Origin: Felis catus
Taxonomy: Eukaryota
Length of the DNA stretch: 64,000 bases
Assembly: GCF_018350175.1 (NCBI RefSeq)
Contig: NC_058368.1
Location: 88,724,001 to 88,788,000 of the forward strand
Direction of reading: 5' to 3'
Below are positions 49,306 to 62,100 of this stretch, piece after piece (the stretch's first letter is position 1; the number at the start of each line of letters is the position of its first letter). The position numbers were made by a program, and so were the translations under genes. Below the pieces are notes generated by a model. That model saw nothing but the letters and a program-made list of their open reading frames with translations. It did no database searches and was not told the origin of the DNA.

Positions 49306-50589
49306 GTAGGTCTGTGGTGGCAGTCGTTCCGGGGGAAGCGCTGATTCAGCAGGGCAGTCCTGGGTCTGAAGGGAGAGGGGACTTGGGCAAAGCCCTACTC
49401 CTGAGGATGCGCCTCTGTGTGTTTCCAAGGTGGGGCTGTGACCTGGGGGTCAGGGGTCAAGGGAGGTTCCCACCTCTCTGAATGGCAGGCAGGGACCTCT
49501 GAGTCCCAGAGCAGACACAGGGATGTATGCCTGAGCATTCACACTCTTGAGTGAGCACGGGCCCAGAAAGGGCTGGGACTCCAGGGAAGTTACAGAACTC
49601 CAATCCTGAGGGGCACGTGTGGTGGGGCTGATGGTAGGAGTGGGCTGAGTCATGGACCGGGGTACACAGTCTTGTGGCAACATGGGAGGGCTCCCTAAAG
49701 GGACATGGTTTGATAGAGTCTCTAATTGTGAGGAGGCAGGTATCTGTGAGGCGAGTGTTACTGTAATATCAGGCAGTGCCATGGAAAGGGGGTATACACG
49801 GAATATTTGTGTTTTGGGGAAGTACAGTGCCTTAGTTTCCCCCCTGGCCATCCAGAAAGTATACAAATCCTTCTGTGGGTTCTGATAAAGACAAGAGGCT
49901 TGAGGGGGCACTCAGAGCCCCAGTCCTTCAGAACCTTGCCATCTGATGCTGGAGCCTGAGTTTTTATATATGTGGGATCAGTGATCTTGAAGGTCATTCA
50001 GAATCACAAAGGAGTGCATGTCCATCTACCTGTGGGGAGAAGATAGCCTTTAAGGTACAGGAGACTGCTGGGAAAGGGAGACCCAGTTCCTATTCCTGGG
50101 GGATCCCAGTTGTGGGTTTGACTGGACTTGGAGAGTAGTGACCTGTCTCACAGAGTCAGGGAAAAGAGCAAGGGTGTTCACAGACTTGTGTATATGGAGG
50201 GAGTTTGTACCTGAAAGGGGCTGTGGAGTGGAGAACTGAAGCTTCAACATAAATGATATCTGTGTGTGTGTGTGTGTGTGTGTGTGTAGTAAAGAAGTGG
50301 CTTTAGGGTTATGCGTGGTGGTGAGTGACACAAGTGGTATACACAATCTTGTATCCGTGTCCTGAGTAGATATTTTGGTTTCAAGAGTGACCCACTTGAA
50401 TTATCCAACCCTTGGCACTGGGAAAGTGTGTGGATACTGGTTATATTAAGATTATATAGTGACTGGAACTGGAGCTGAATGAAGCCATTGAGAATGAATG
50501 GTTCAAGGGACTGTTATCTCTCAAGACCTGCCTGGTTTCTCTTTGTTTCATCCATTGAGTAATTCCTCTAGTCTTTTTGCAGTTTAAGC

Positions 50590-51900
50590 TTCCTCATAAC
50601 TTGAACATGCTCATTCCTTTATTCATTCATCTGCTCAACAAATATTTATTGAGTGCCAACTATATGTCAGATACCAACTCAGGCGCTGGAAACTTTCTGC
50701 TTGTGATTCTCTTACCTTGTTCTTTTTTTTTTCTTCCCTGCCCCCTCACCCCCTCTCCCCGACTTACTGGCTTTAGATATATTATACAGTCTATACATTA
50801 TTTTCCTTGGTTATTGCCTGTTTGCTTCCGCTAGAATGTAGGCTCCATGAGGGCAAGGGTTTTGTTTTGTTTAACAATCCCACATGTCTAGAGCTATACG
50901 TGGTGTATAGTAGTTTATTATTAAATATTTGTTGAATAAATAACTGAATGATCTGATAAAGCCTAGTGATTCAAGAAACTTTCTCTGAGGAAGTGATATT
51001 TTGAGATGAGATATAATAAGGATTAATTAAGTGAAAAGGACGAGGACTAGTCCACGCAGAGGGAAACCATGTGCAAAGATCCTAAGGTAGCAGGAAATAT
51101 AATCTATTGTGTTTAAGGAACTGAAAAAAGACAAATATGGCTGCATGTAGGGCAACAGGAGGGGGACATAAGCTGAAAGAGATCTTGCAGGTCTTGACTA
51201 CTATGATATGTATCTTCACCAAATATCTTCAGAATAGTAGGAAGCCATTGGGGGCTTTTAAGGAGGAGCATGACATGATTAGAATCATGAAAAATATAAC
51301 TGGCTACAGTATGGAAAGTACAGAATGTACAAGAATGGATATAGGTACACCTGTTAGAAGGTAGCAGTGGAGATGGAGAGAAGGAATTGAGAAATATTTA
51401 AAAGATAAAATTAATAGGGTTTAGTGAAAGGTGGGGATAAAGGAAAAGGAGGAATCAGGGCATGCTTCTAATTTTCTAATTCTTGAATCTGGATAGTTGT
51501 TGGGACCACTATTGAGATAAGGAGCACCGGAAAGGATCTTGGTTATGTTTGAGAGGCAAGATCATGAGTTTGGTTTGGGACATACGGAGTGGGAGGTATC
51601 GTTTATTGTTGAGCCATCCAGAGAAGTGAGAGACTGACAATGCAGTTGAATGTGTAAGACAAGTCTGAGCTAACATGAAGATAATTAGTGAAGTTAAAGT
51701 GTGGATGAAATTGCATAGAGGGACAGTGGGGTGTGGGGAGTAGAGGCTTGGGATTAAGTGCTGAATAGCTGCAATATTTCAGTGCTTTTCAAAGAGAATG
51801 AGGAGAATGGTCTTGAACAGATGAAATGCTGCCAAATGATATAAAAATGAAGACTGAAAAACTAGATTTAGCAACGGACTTAGCACTGTTGGTTACATTG
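50590..51900. mobile_element. L2 fragments
   Basis: ATTCATTCAT..CAACAAATATTTATTGAG and AAATATTTGTTGAATAAATAACTGAATG (L2 3' ends); degenerate purine-rich body. Confidence 0.6.
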
Positions 51901-52334
51901 ATGAGTGAAAACTTGATGAAGGTTGGAGCCAAACCACGTAAATTCTGAATTACTATTAATGGGCTTAGTCTTTGTTTCTTAATTCAGATTCCCAAGAGAG
52001 AGAAACTAATTGACATACATCACATTTTCACCGTATCATATCAAGCCAGTGTAGGATTGACTGTTTTTGGATTAGGTGTGCAGATATTGCTGACTGGAGT
52101 CACCTGGTTTAAAACGTCCATCTGGTGATTTTTCATCTCAGTAGCAATAGCTAACATTTCTGGAGTGTTTATTGTGTGCCAAATATTACGCTAAGAGCTT
52201 TATATATTTTAATCTGTCAGCATCATAACACTTTCTAAGGTATTATCTCTACTGTTTGAAGCAGTTTTGGCACAGAGATGTTAAGCAACTTGCTTAAGAT
52301 CTGCAAATAAGTGTAAGATTTATGTGCTTGGGCT

Positions 52335-52525
52335 TATTTTTTTTTAAGTTTGTTTATTTTGAGAGAGGGAGCATACATGTGGGGAAAGAGCAGAGAGAGA
52401 GAGAAAATCCCAAGCAGGCTCCACACCACCAGTGCCTATCTCTGTGGTGGGTGAACCCAAGAACCAGGGGACCATGGCCTGAGCCAAAGTCAGACACTTA
52501 ACCAACTGAGCCAATCAGGCACCCC
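52335..52525 (-). mobile_element. Can-SINE
   Basis: Reverse SINE; flanking GGGCTTATTTT repeat. Confidence 0.85.
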
Positions 52526-53199
52526 TGTTTGGGGCTTATTTTAACATTATCCAGATTCATTATTTGGCTTTCTCTATGTATTGCAATATTCTGTATAATG
52601 AAGCAATAATAGCCATGATGAAATTCCTGTCCTGCAGGAAATGTTATTCTAAGGTAAGCATATGTTAGCAAGGTAACGTGGAAACAACTGGAACTCAGAT
52701 CTTTGTTTAAAATCTGTTTCTGTAACCTATTAGATGAGGACCATGGACTCAAATTTTCTGGTCTATAGTTTCCTCATCTATAAAACGGGGATGATATCTG
52801 CAGGATAGTTTTGAATTCTAGAAATAATATATCTGAAGTGCACGATAAGTGATAATTCCTTAGTTCCCCCTGAAGCTTCAATGTAAAAAAATTAAGATGT
52901 ATTACCTATACATATAAAAGCAAGTTTTAACCATACAGTGGTGAATTTAAGACATTCTTTTTTTCCTCCATTTTTTTCCCATAAGTATAACGTATTTACT
53001 GTTAGAAGAAAGGCAGACACCAAGTTTAGGAGAATGTGGAATTGTTATGTGAACTAAATGTCATGGAATAGGTCTGTATATGAGATGGATTTTGAGGAAT
53101 TTCTTGGAATGAAGGGATAGTTAAAATTTTTTCAAAGCATGCATATAGCTCTGTTAGAAGGTCAGATTTGCAAAAGGAAGTTTCTTTAAAATATTACAT

Positions 53200-53443
53200 T
53201 TTTAAAATTTATGTATGTATGTATGTATTACTGTTTATTTCTTCTTGAGAGAAGGAGAGAGAGAGAGAGGAAAAAAAAAAGAACAAGCGGGAAAGGCGCA
53301 GAGAGAGAGAGAGAGACAGAGGATCTGAAGCAGGCTCTGTAGTAACAACAGACAGCCAGATGTGGGGCTTGAACTCACAAACCACAAGACCATGACCTGA
53401 GCTGAAGTGGGAAGCTTAACTGACTGAGCCACCCTGGTGCCCC
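53200..53443 (-). mobile_element. Can-SINE
   Basis: Reverse SINE. Confidence 0.85.
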
Positions 53444-53749
53444 TAAAATATTGTACTTTAAAATGAGGACAAGAATGTTTGAATTTTTCTTCTTCTCGAA
53501 CAATTTGACTATTAATAATAAAAAAGAAACCTTATAGCCAACTAAATCTAGGAGTATTAGTCTCAGGCTAGATTGCGCTTGCTTCAATTTCTCAGATTCT
53601 TCTTCCTTGCCAACTATATAAAGGAAAGCTTTGTGTGAATTACCTGGTCACATTTTCTTCCTGTATTGCCAAGTGTGTTACCTTTGTGGAGGCCCATACC
53701 AACCAGAAATTTTAGAATGATACACTCTGTTACAAATGGCCTGTACCTT

Positions 53750-53938
53750 GGGGGGCCTGCGTAACTTAGTTGGTTAAGCGTCTGACTCTCAGTTCCGGCT
53801 CAGGTCATGATCTCATGGTTTCATGAGTTCGAGCCCCATGTCTGCCTCTGTCCTGGCAGCACAGAGCCTGGTTGGGATTCTCTCTCTCTCTCTGTCCCTC
53901 CCCTGCTTACTCTGTGTCTCTCTTTCTCTTAAAAAAAA
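53750..53938 (+). mobile_element. Can-SINE
   Basis: Head and tail; flanked by GGCCT(G/A)TACCTTG repeat. Confidence 0.88.
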
Positions 53939-54215
53939 GGCCTATACCTTGATCACTTTGTGAAATAAATGCATATTTTTTAAAGTAATTTTATGGTACC
54001 TGAAATCATCTATAGATGGAATCTTGAAATTTTAAAAGCCTTAAAAATGAGAATAGTGTTTTCATCTTTTGTTAGTACTTGGGTGAAATACCTAAGTTTG
54101 TTTGTAATTGGGAACAGTAACATTAACTTCTCAGGTGAGACTTAGAGATAGATTTGGAAAGTGCACAATGTGTTACACCCTACCCTCAAAGAAATGGTAG
54201 CTTATTTGGTATCCG

Positions 54216-54250
<35 letters not shown>

Positions 54251-54314
54251 ATGTGTGTGTATCTTTTCCTAAAGCTCACTAGTAAAATTGTCTTTTAAAG
54301 AAGAGGAAATCTGG

Positions 54315-54628
54315 ATCTGTAGCCCCTTATTTGGAGCTTTGGATGCAAATATATTTCAGAATTCAGAGGTTTTTTTTTTTATTTGTAAAGGTAATACAGC
54401 AAATGTACTGTTGATTACATAATATCCCCATGGGGTATGCGAGAGTACCTTGTAATCAAACACATTAATATCACATTCACACTAAATGAATAAGTTATAA
54501 ATAGCTTCATGTCAACTTAGGTTACGTTTTGTTGACAAAATAGTTTTGGCACCAAATTTATGGAAAAAATTGCTGTTTTGAGAGAATTATGAATTTTGGA
54601 ATTGTGGAAAAGGGAATGTGGATTTACA
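54315..54628. mobile_element. Old Tigger-family DNA transposon remnant
   Basis: Degenerate inverted termini (..GCCCCTTAT.. / ..GGAATTGTGGAAAAGGGAATGTGGAT). Confidence 0.45.
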
Positions 54629-54859
54629 TAGTTTTATACCTTTTTAGAAGAAATATTTTCTAAAGCTTTAAATTATTTGTTGTCACCTATATATTTTTCT
54701 GTAACATTACCAGGTATACAGTTTTATTAATGATCAGAAAACTCATTTGGTTTCCATGATGCTTATGAGCTTATTTCTTCCAAGAAACTGATTATGTTGG
54801 AGACCTTTTAATATTGCATTTGGCTTCAGTTTCAGTATCATTGCTCAGTGTCACTTGTT

Positions 54860-55256
54860 TTTAATCTTTTTTTTAAATTATGTTTTTTTGTTTTTAATTT
54901 ACATCTAAATTAGTTAGCATATAGTGCAACAATGATTTCAGGAGAAGATGCCTTAGTGCCCCTTACCTATTTAGCCCATCCCCCCTCCCACAACACCTCC
55001 AGTAACCCTCAGTTTGTTCTCCATGAGTGTCTTCTGTTTTGTCCCCCACCCTGTTTTTCTATTATTTTTGTTTCCCTTCCCATATGTTCGTCTGTTTTGT
55101 CTCTTAAAGTCCTCATATGAGTGAAGTCATAGGATTTTTGTCTTTCTCTGACTAATTTCACTTAGCATAATACCCTCCAGTTCCATCCACGTAGTTGCAA
55201 ATGGCAAGATTCCATTCTTTTGATTGCCAAGTAATACTCCGTTGTGTGTGTGTATG

Positions 55257-55298
<42 letters not shown>

Positions 55299-56265
55299 AT
55301 CTTCTTTATCCATTCATCCATCGATGGACATTTGGGCTCTTTCTGTACTTTGGCTATTCTTGATAGTGCTGCTATAAACATGGGGGTGCATGTGTCCCTT
55401 CGAAACTGCACACCTGTATCCCTTGGATAAATGCCCAGTAGTGTAATTGCTGGGTCAGAGGGTAGTTCTATTTTTAGATTTTTGAGGTACCTCCATACTG
55501 TTTTCCAGAATGGCTGCACCAGCTTGCATTCCCACCAACAATGCAAAAGAGATCCTCTTTCTCCGCATCCTCACCAACATCTCTTGAGTTGTTAATATCA
55601 GCCATTCTGACACATGTAAGGTGGTATCTCATGGTGGTTTTGATTTGTATTTCCCTGGTGATGAGTGATGTTGAGCATTTTTTATGTGTTGGTTGGCCAT
55701 CTGGATGTCTTCTTTGGAGAAGTGTCTATTCATGTCTTTTGCCCGTTTCTTCACTGGACTGTTTGTTTTTTGGGTGTTGAGTTTGATCACTTCTTTATAG
55801 ATTTTGGATACTAACCCTTTATCTGGTATGTCATTTACAAACATCTTCTCCCATTCTGTAGGTTGCCTTTTAGTGTTGTTGATTGTTTCCTTTGCTGTGC
55901 AGAAGCTTTTTATTTTGATGAGGTCCCAGTAGTTCATTTTTGCTTTTGTTTCCCTTGACCCCGGAGACGTGTTGAGTAAGAAGTTGCTGCGGCTAAGGTC
56001 AAAGAGGTTTTTGCCTGCTTTTTCCTTGAGGATTTTGATGGCTTCCTTTCTTACATTGAGGTCTTTCATCCATTTTGAGTTTATTTTTGTGTCTGGTGTA
56101 AAAAAGTGGTCCAGGTTCATTCTTCTGCATGTCGCTGTCCAGTTTTCCCAGTACCACTTGCTGAAGAGACTGTCTTTATTCCATTGGATATTCTTTCCTG
56201 CTTTGCCAAAGATTAGTTGGCCATACGTTTGTGGGTCCATTTCTGGGTTCTCTATTCTATTCCAT
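54860..56265 (-). mobile_element. 5'-truncated feline L1
   Basis: ORF 55629-56240 [32 protein letters not shown]; 3'UTR; possible TSD TGTCACTT. Confidence 0.93.
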
Positions 56266-56454
56266 CATTGTCACTTTCAATTAGAGATACTAGAAACCTA
56301 TATATGTTAAGAAGGACAGAAGGATGTCAATATTTCACATACATATTTTCAATAAAGTCACAGCTTTTCTTTGCTTCAAGGAATAGTACAATCTTCATTG
56401 AGTTTCAGAATATTTTTATTAATTGTTAAATTTCAGCAATAGAGTAGGTGTTAA

Positions 56455-56670
56455 TTTTAATTATTTTAATGTTTATTTATTTTTGAGACAGAGAGAGACA
56501 GAGCATGAATGGGGGAGGGTCAGAGAGAAAGGGAGACACAGAATACGAAACAAACTCCAGGCTCTGAGCAGTCAGCACAGAGCCCAACGCGGGGCTCGAA
56601 CTCACGGATTGCGAGATCATGACCTGAGCCGAAGTTGGACGCTTAACAGACTGAGCCACCCAGGCGCCCC
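56455..56670 (-). mobile_element. Young SINEC_Fc SINE
   Basis: Near consensus; TSD AGGTGTTAATTTTA. Confidence 0.95.
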
Positions 56671-59194
56671 AAAGGTGTTAATTTTAGTATTAACAAAATG
56701 TTTCATCCTTAGCTGGAATTGATTTTTCTGATTATAAAATTTATTGTAAGTGTAAGCTTGCAATTATTCATTGATATTATTCACCATATGGGAATATGAT
56801 CATTTTTGCTTATATACTTCAAATTTATTTAATGGGACTCCTAAAAGAAATTTCTTTTTTTTGAAACTCTGAAAAAAATACTTTTTATTTGTCATATATA
56901 TTTGAGAACTGTTGATTGTCAACATTTGAGTCTCTAACCAGGCTTTCAATACAATGTACTTACATCTCAACTGAAGGAAAACAAAACAAGCAAACACAGA
57001 AAGACTCCTAGAATTAATATAGGATTAAAAACTTGTATATGGGACTGTAAATTCCTAAATAAATACTTTCAACAATGTTATAGGGAAAAAAATCTCTGAG
57101 TTTTGGTGGAAGAAATGGGAAAAACAATCTGCCATGATTTATAGCTTGCTGCATTTTTTCAGGGGCTTTAGAAGCCACTAATTGTAGTATACTAATCTCT
57201 GTGTCATGGATTTTTGGAAGAAATCGGTGTGTTGTGGACTGTGTAATTCATTTTTCGAATTATTCTTGTAAAAATATGTATTGAATACCTACTGTGTGTC
57301 AAGCATTGTGGCAAACCTTGGAATTTCAGTGATGTATTTATACATAGTCCCCGCTTTCAAGGAGCTCCCATAACAATAGAAGAAGAATAAAGCTAGAAAA
57401 GTAGCATCCAGGCAATGGTAGAAGTTTGTGCACAGAATTATGAGGCTAGATAATCTATCTCTGAAACCTTGGGGATGGTGGTAAGAGTAGTTCAGTAAAG
57501 CTTGCTGGAGGAAGAACACATGAATTGTGTCTGAATGACAAGGAGGAATTAGCCCAGTGTAGGTTGTAGGCAGAGGGACTGGGAGTAAAGAGGAGGAGAG
57601 GAGGGCAGAGAGAGCAACATATGCCCAGGAAAGTTATGTGGGAGAATGAAGCTTATTCATAACATTGCTGGTATTGCTCATCTATTAACAGAGCTAAATA
57701 CTGCATTTCCTTTTTTTTCTTCTATTGTCCATTAAATATTTCTCGGGTGATAGATCCCTTGAGGTTGATATGTTATGAAAAGATAATTAATTCTTTCCCA
57801 TGAAAATGCATGGTGTGTGCAGACACATGAGAATTTGAAAAGAATTTCAAGAGATAATGTCTATCCTAAAATCCCAGGTTAAGAAATCTTCTATTTGTTA
57901 GTAATAGAGAATTACATTTCAGCTAGTAATAGAGATTGCAGTTAAGAATCTGAAATCTTCAGAGTAGGAATACTTTGGTGAAAGGGGTTGATCTAATAAC
58001 ATCTGTGCTAAGCAAAGCAAATGCTGGTTCCTAAATTATTTGGTCATCAGTTTATCTCCTGTTTTTAGCTTCTTTATAATTACTTCCTCATTTTGCTTCA
58101 CAGTAGACCTGAAGAAAGACTCCAGGGTTACATAGATATATTCTGGAGAGATTAAGTGATAAGTTCAGGCTTATGTGGTTAGAAAGCAGGTCTGATTCCA
58201 AAGCGAAGATTCTCTCCATTTTTGCACTCCTAAGTAGAAAAGAGATGTATAAGATTAGAGCGTACAGTAAGGGAAGTGTGTGTTTTTATCTTTATATTGA
58301 ATGTTAGAGGTTAGGTGACTTAACCAGGGTCCCACAACCAGCAAGAAGAGGAGTCAGACCTATAACTTAAATTTCTTGATTTCCATTCGATAAATAAGAA
58401 TATACTGCCCTAAAATGAAGAGAGATAAATAACCAGGTATTGCAGTAATGGCCTTGGAAACAAAGTCAGTTATTTCAGTAAGCCATTCTTTTGTCATTTG
58501 CAGAGTACCTCCTTTCTTTTAGGCACTTTATGTATATGTTGTTTAATTCTCACAAAGTTCCTGCAAGGGGGTATAGTTATCTCAGTTTTATATATGAGAA
58601 AATTGGGGTTCAGAAATATTAAGTGGTAATGCTAAGGTTCCACAACCCATAAGTAGTAGAACTGGAACTGCAATCCAAGTCTATCTGGCTCTGTGTCCAT
58701 ACCAATGGGACTACTCCACTCTGCCTCTTAGTAAGTTAAAATAACTCAAACTTTCTTTTGTTATTGAGTTATTGAGGAAGAGGTAATGCATATTTTAATT
58801 TTCAAACAAATGTATGGAACAAAAGTACACATTTATTTCTAATTGCTGTAGAAATATGGGGTTAATGAAGTTTCTCATCTTGGGCATCTGTATTACTCAT
58901 TGAGTAAATTAGTGTTGAAGAGTAGGGACTAAAATAGCAATTAGTATATGCTTGCTACCTAGGAGGCATTCAATTAATATTTGTAGACCAAATGAATTGA
59001 AACATTTTTTATCCATAAATTTTAGGTTTAGATATTAGAACTTAGGCTAATGTAAGCTGAGGACGTTAACAGAAATGAAGGGGAACATGAAGAAACTCTT
59101 GACATTTCACAAACAAGATGTCCTAGTTGAATAGGGCTTAAACACAATTAATATACTGGGGATGGAAGAAGCTCATTACAACCTCATTTGGGAA

Positions 59195-62100
59195 ACTTCT
59201 GGGGAAGGTGGAAGAGTAGGAGGATCTTAAGCTTACAATGCCCCATTGATACAACTAGATAACATGCACATAGCTGTATATAACCCAGAAAACAACCTGA
59301 AGTCTGGCAGAACAGACTCCCTGGAGCTAAGTGTAGAGAAGAGGCTATATGAAAGAAGGTAGGAAAAGCAGAGACGTGAATGGGAGCCAAATGGATCTAC
59401 AGGAGGAAGGAAGGGAAGGATGCTGCAGGTACAGAAAGGAGAAAGAAACAGATTCTCCTCCCATATCCCAGGGGTGGAGAATCTACACGAGAAAGCGAAT
59501 CCCCTTAGCATTTGGCTTTGAAAACCAGAGAGTCTGAATTTATGAGTTCTTACAATCAGTGGGGCTCTTAACACCTGGAACTTTAAAAATCAGTGTGCTC
59601 AGCTTTGGGAGAGCCAGGAGGGCTAGAGGAAACTGAATGCCTTCCCCTTAAAAAAAGAGCACAATAAACAGCTCCTTACAGACATAGCATGGAAGCAGAA
59701 TTTTGAAAAAAAAATGCCTAGGGTATATAGGAGAGAGATTTGTTTAATAATCTCTGAATGTGTGCTGAAAGGGCAGGGATTCCTGGGAGGAACAAAGGAG
59801 CTGGTGGGTGCCTTTTCCATCTTTGCCTCCCAGACTAGACACAGAAACATCTGCAGGAACCAGCATGACACGATTACTCATTACCTAACTTGCTAATGGC
59901 ATGCCTTGCCTCGGAATTCTCCTGTGGTCATGCCTCCTCAAGCAAGGCCTTGGTTCCTGGTCTCCTCCCCATAGAAAACCCATGCAAATCTTGCAAACAC
60001 CATATACACCACCACCTCCAACCTTGCCTTGGTCCCTGGTTGCTGGAGTTTTCCTCTCACAGTGGACTGTGTTAGAGACCTTGCTGGCACAGGGTGGCCC
60101 ACTGCTTTATTCTCCTGCAGACCTGCTCCCTCCAAATCACTCTTGGCTGGAGCCCATCCAGAGTGGTGCCACAAGCCTGGCAGTGTATAAGAGCTTTGAC
60201 AGTGACTCTTTTCTTGAATAGAGGACAAGATAACCACACACACCAGTCTGACTATGGTCCCGGCAGTGGGCTGGGACAGATGTTTTGTCTGAGTGCAGAT
60301 CCCAGCCATCAGTGAAAGCTCCTCAGGGGACAACACAGGGAAAATGACCTAAAGTTTGGTTCTATTGCGTCTCTGGCAAATGCCTGGTCTGATTCAACTC
60401 AAGCCTAAGATTGCCCCAGATTGGCTCACTAACAACACAAGGACCAAACACTGCCTACAATGGGCAAAGAAAGCCATGCAGATGACTGGACTGAAGGCAA
60501 ATGCAGCTCAGCCACAACAGCTGGGCACATGCAGTAGACCTAGGAGACAACCTTGAGCACCAGATTCTAGTGAACAAGGGATATTGCATTGCAGGGCACT
60601 GTAATGTCCTTCATAAAACCATTACTTTCAAGAACAGGAGACATGACTTAACTTTTCTAACACATAGAAACAGACACAGAGAGTTAGACAAAATGAAGAG
60701 GCAGAGCAGTATGTCCCAAATGAAAGAATAGGACAAAATCACAGCAAGAGACCTAAACCAAATGGAGATATGTAATATGCCTGATAGAGAATTTAATCTA
60801 ATGGTCATAAAGATACTAGATTTGAGAAAAGAGTGGAGGAGCTAAGTGAAACCCTTAACAAAGAGCTAGAAAACATAAAAAAGAACCAATTAGAGATGCA
60901 GAGCTCAATAACTGAAATGAAAAGTAACACTAGATGGAGTAAATAGTAGACTAGAGAAGGTAAAAGAATGGGTCAACAACCTGGAGGTCAAGGAATCAGA
61001 AAGCAGTCAAGTTCCACAAGAGAGAGAAAAAATAATACAAACGAAAATAGACTCTGGAAACTCAGTAACACCATCAAACATAATAATACTTGTATTATAG
61101 GAATCCCAAAATGAGAAGAGAGATATGGGGCAGAACATTTATTTGAAGAAATAGTAACTGAAAATGTCCCAAATCTGGGTAAGGAAACAGAAATTCAGGT
61201 GCAGGAGGCACAGAGGACTACCAATAGAATCAGCCCAAGGATGTCCATGTTGGACACATTAGTAATTAAAATGGCAAAAAGTATTGATAAAGAGAGAATT
61301 TTAAAAGCACTAAGAGAAAAGAAAAGTGTTACATACAAGAAAATCTTATAAGGCTATCACCTGAATATTTTTTTTTTTTGGCAGAAACTTTGCAGGCCAG
61401 GAGGGAGTGGCATGACATTCAAGTACAAAAAGAAAAACCTGAAGCCACCAAGGCTATAATTCTGAATAGGAGAGATAAAGAATTTCCTAGACAAACAAAA
61501 TTGAAAAGAAATTCATCACCACTAAACCAGCTCTACAAAAAAAAAAAAAAATTAAAGAGGACTTTTTGAGTGGAAAGGAAAGAAAGACCGGGGGTAAGGA
61601 AAGGAAAGGAATGGAATGTAGGAGTAAGAAAAGTAGGAAGCTCAAAGGCATAAAAAGTTTAGCTATAAAAATCAATTGAGGGATTCACAAAATAAAAGGA
61701 GATAAAGTATCTGTCACCATATACCTAAAATATGAGGGGGAAAAAGAGTAAAGAATGTGTTCATATGTAAGCGACTGTCAATGTAGATTGCTATATGCAG
61801 GAGATGTTATATACAAATATAATGGTAACCACAAATCAAAGTCCAGTAATAGATATGCAAAAAATGAAGAGAAAGGAATCCAAGTGTATCACTAAAGAAA
61901 ACCACGAAACTGTGGGATGAAAGAACAAGAGAAGAAAGAAACAGAAGACTACAAACACAAATGCAGAACAAATAACAAAATGGTAATAAGTTACATACCT
62001 ATCTATAATTCCTTTGAATGTAAATGGACTAAATGCTCCAGTCAAAAGACATAGGGTGATGAAATGGAGAAAAAAGCAAGGTCCATCATATGCTGCCCAT

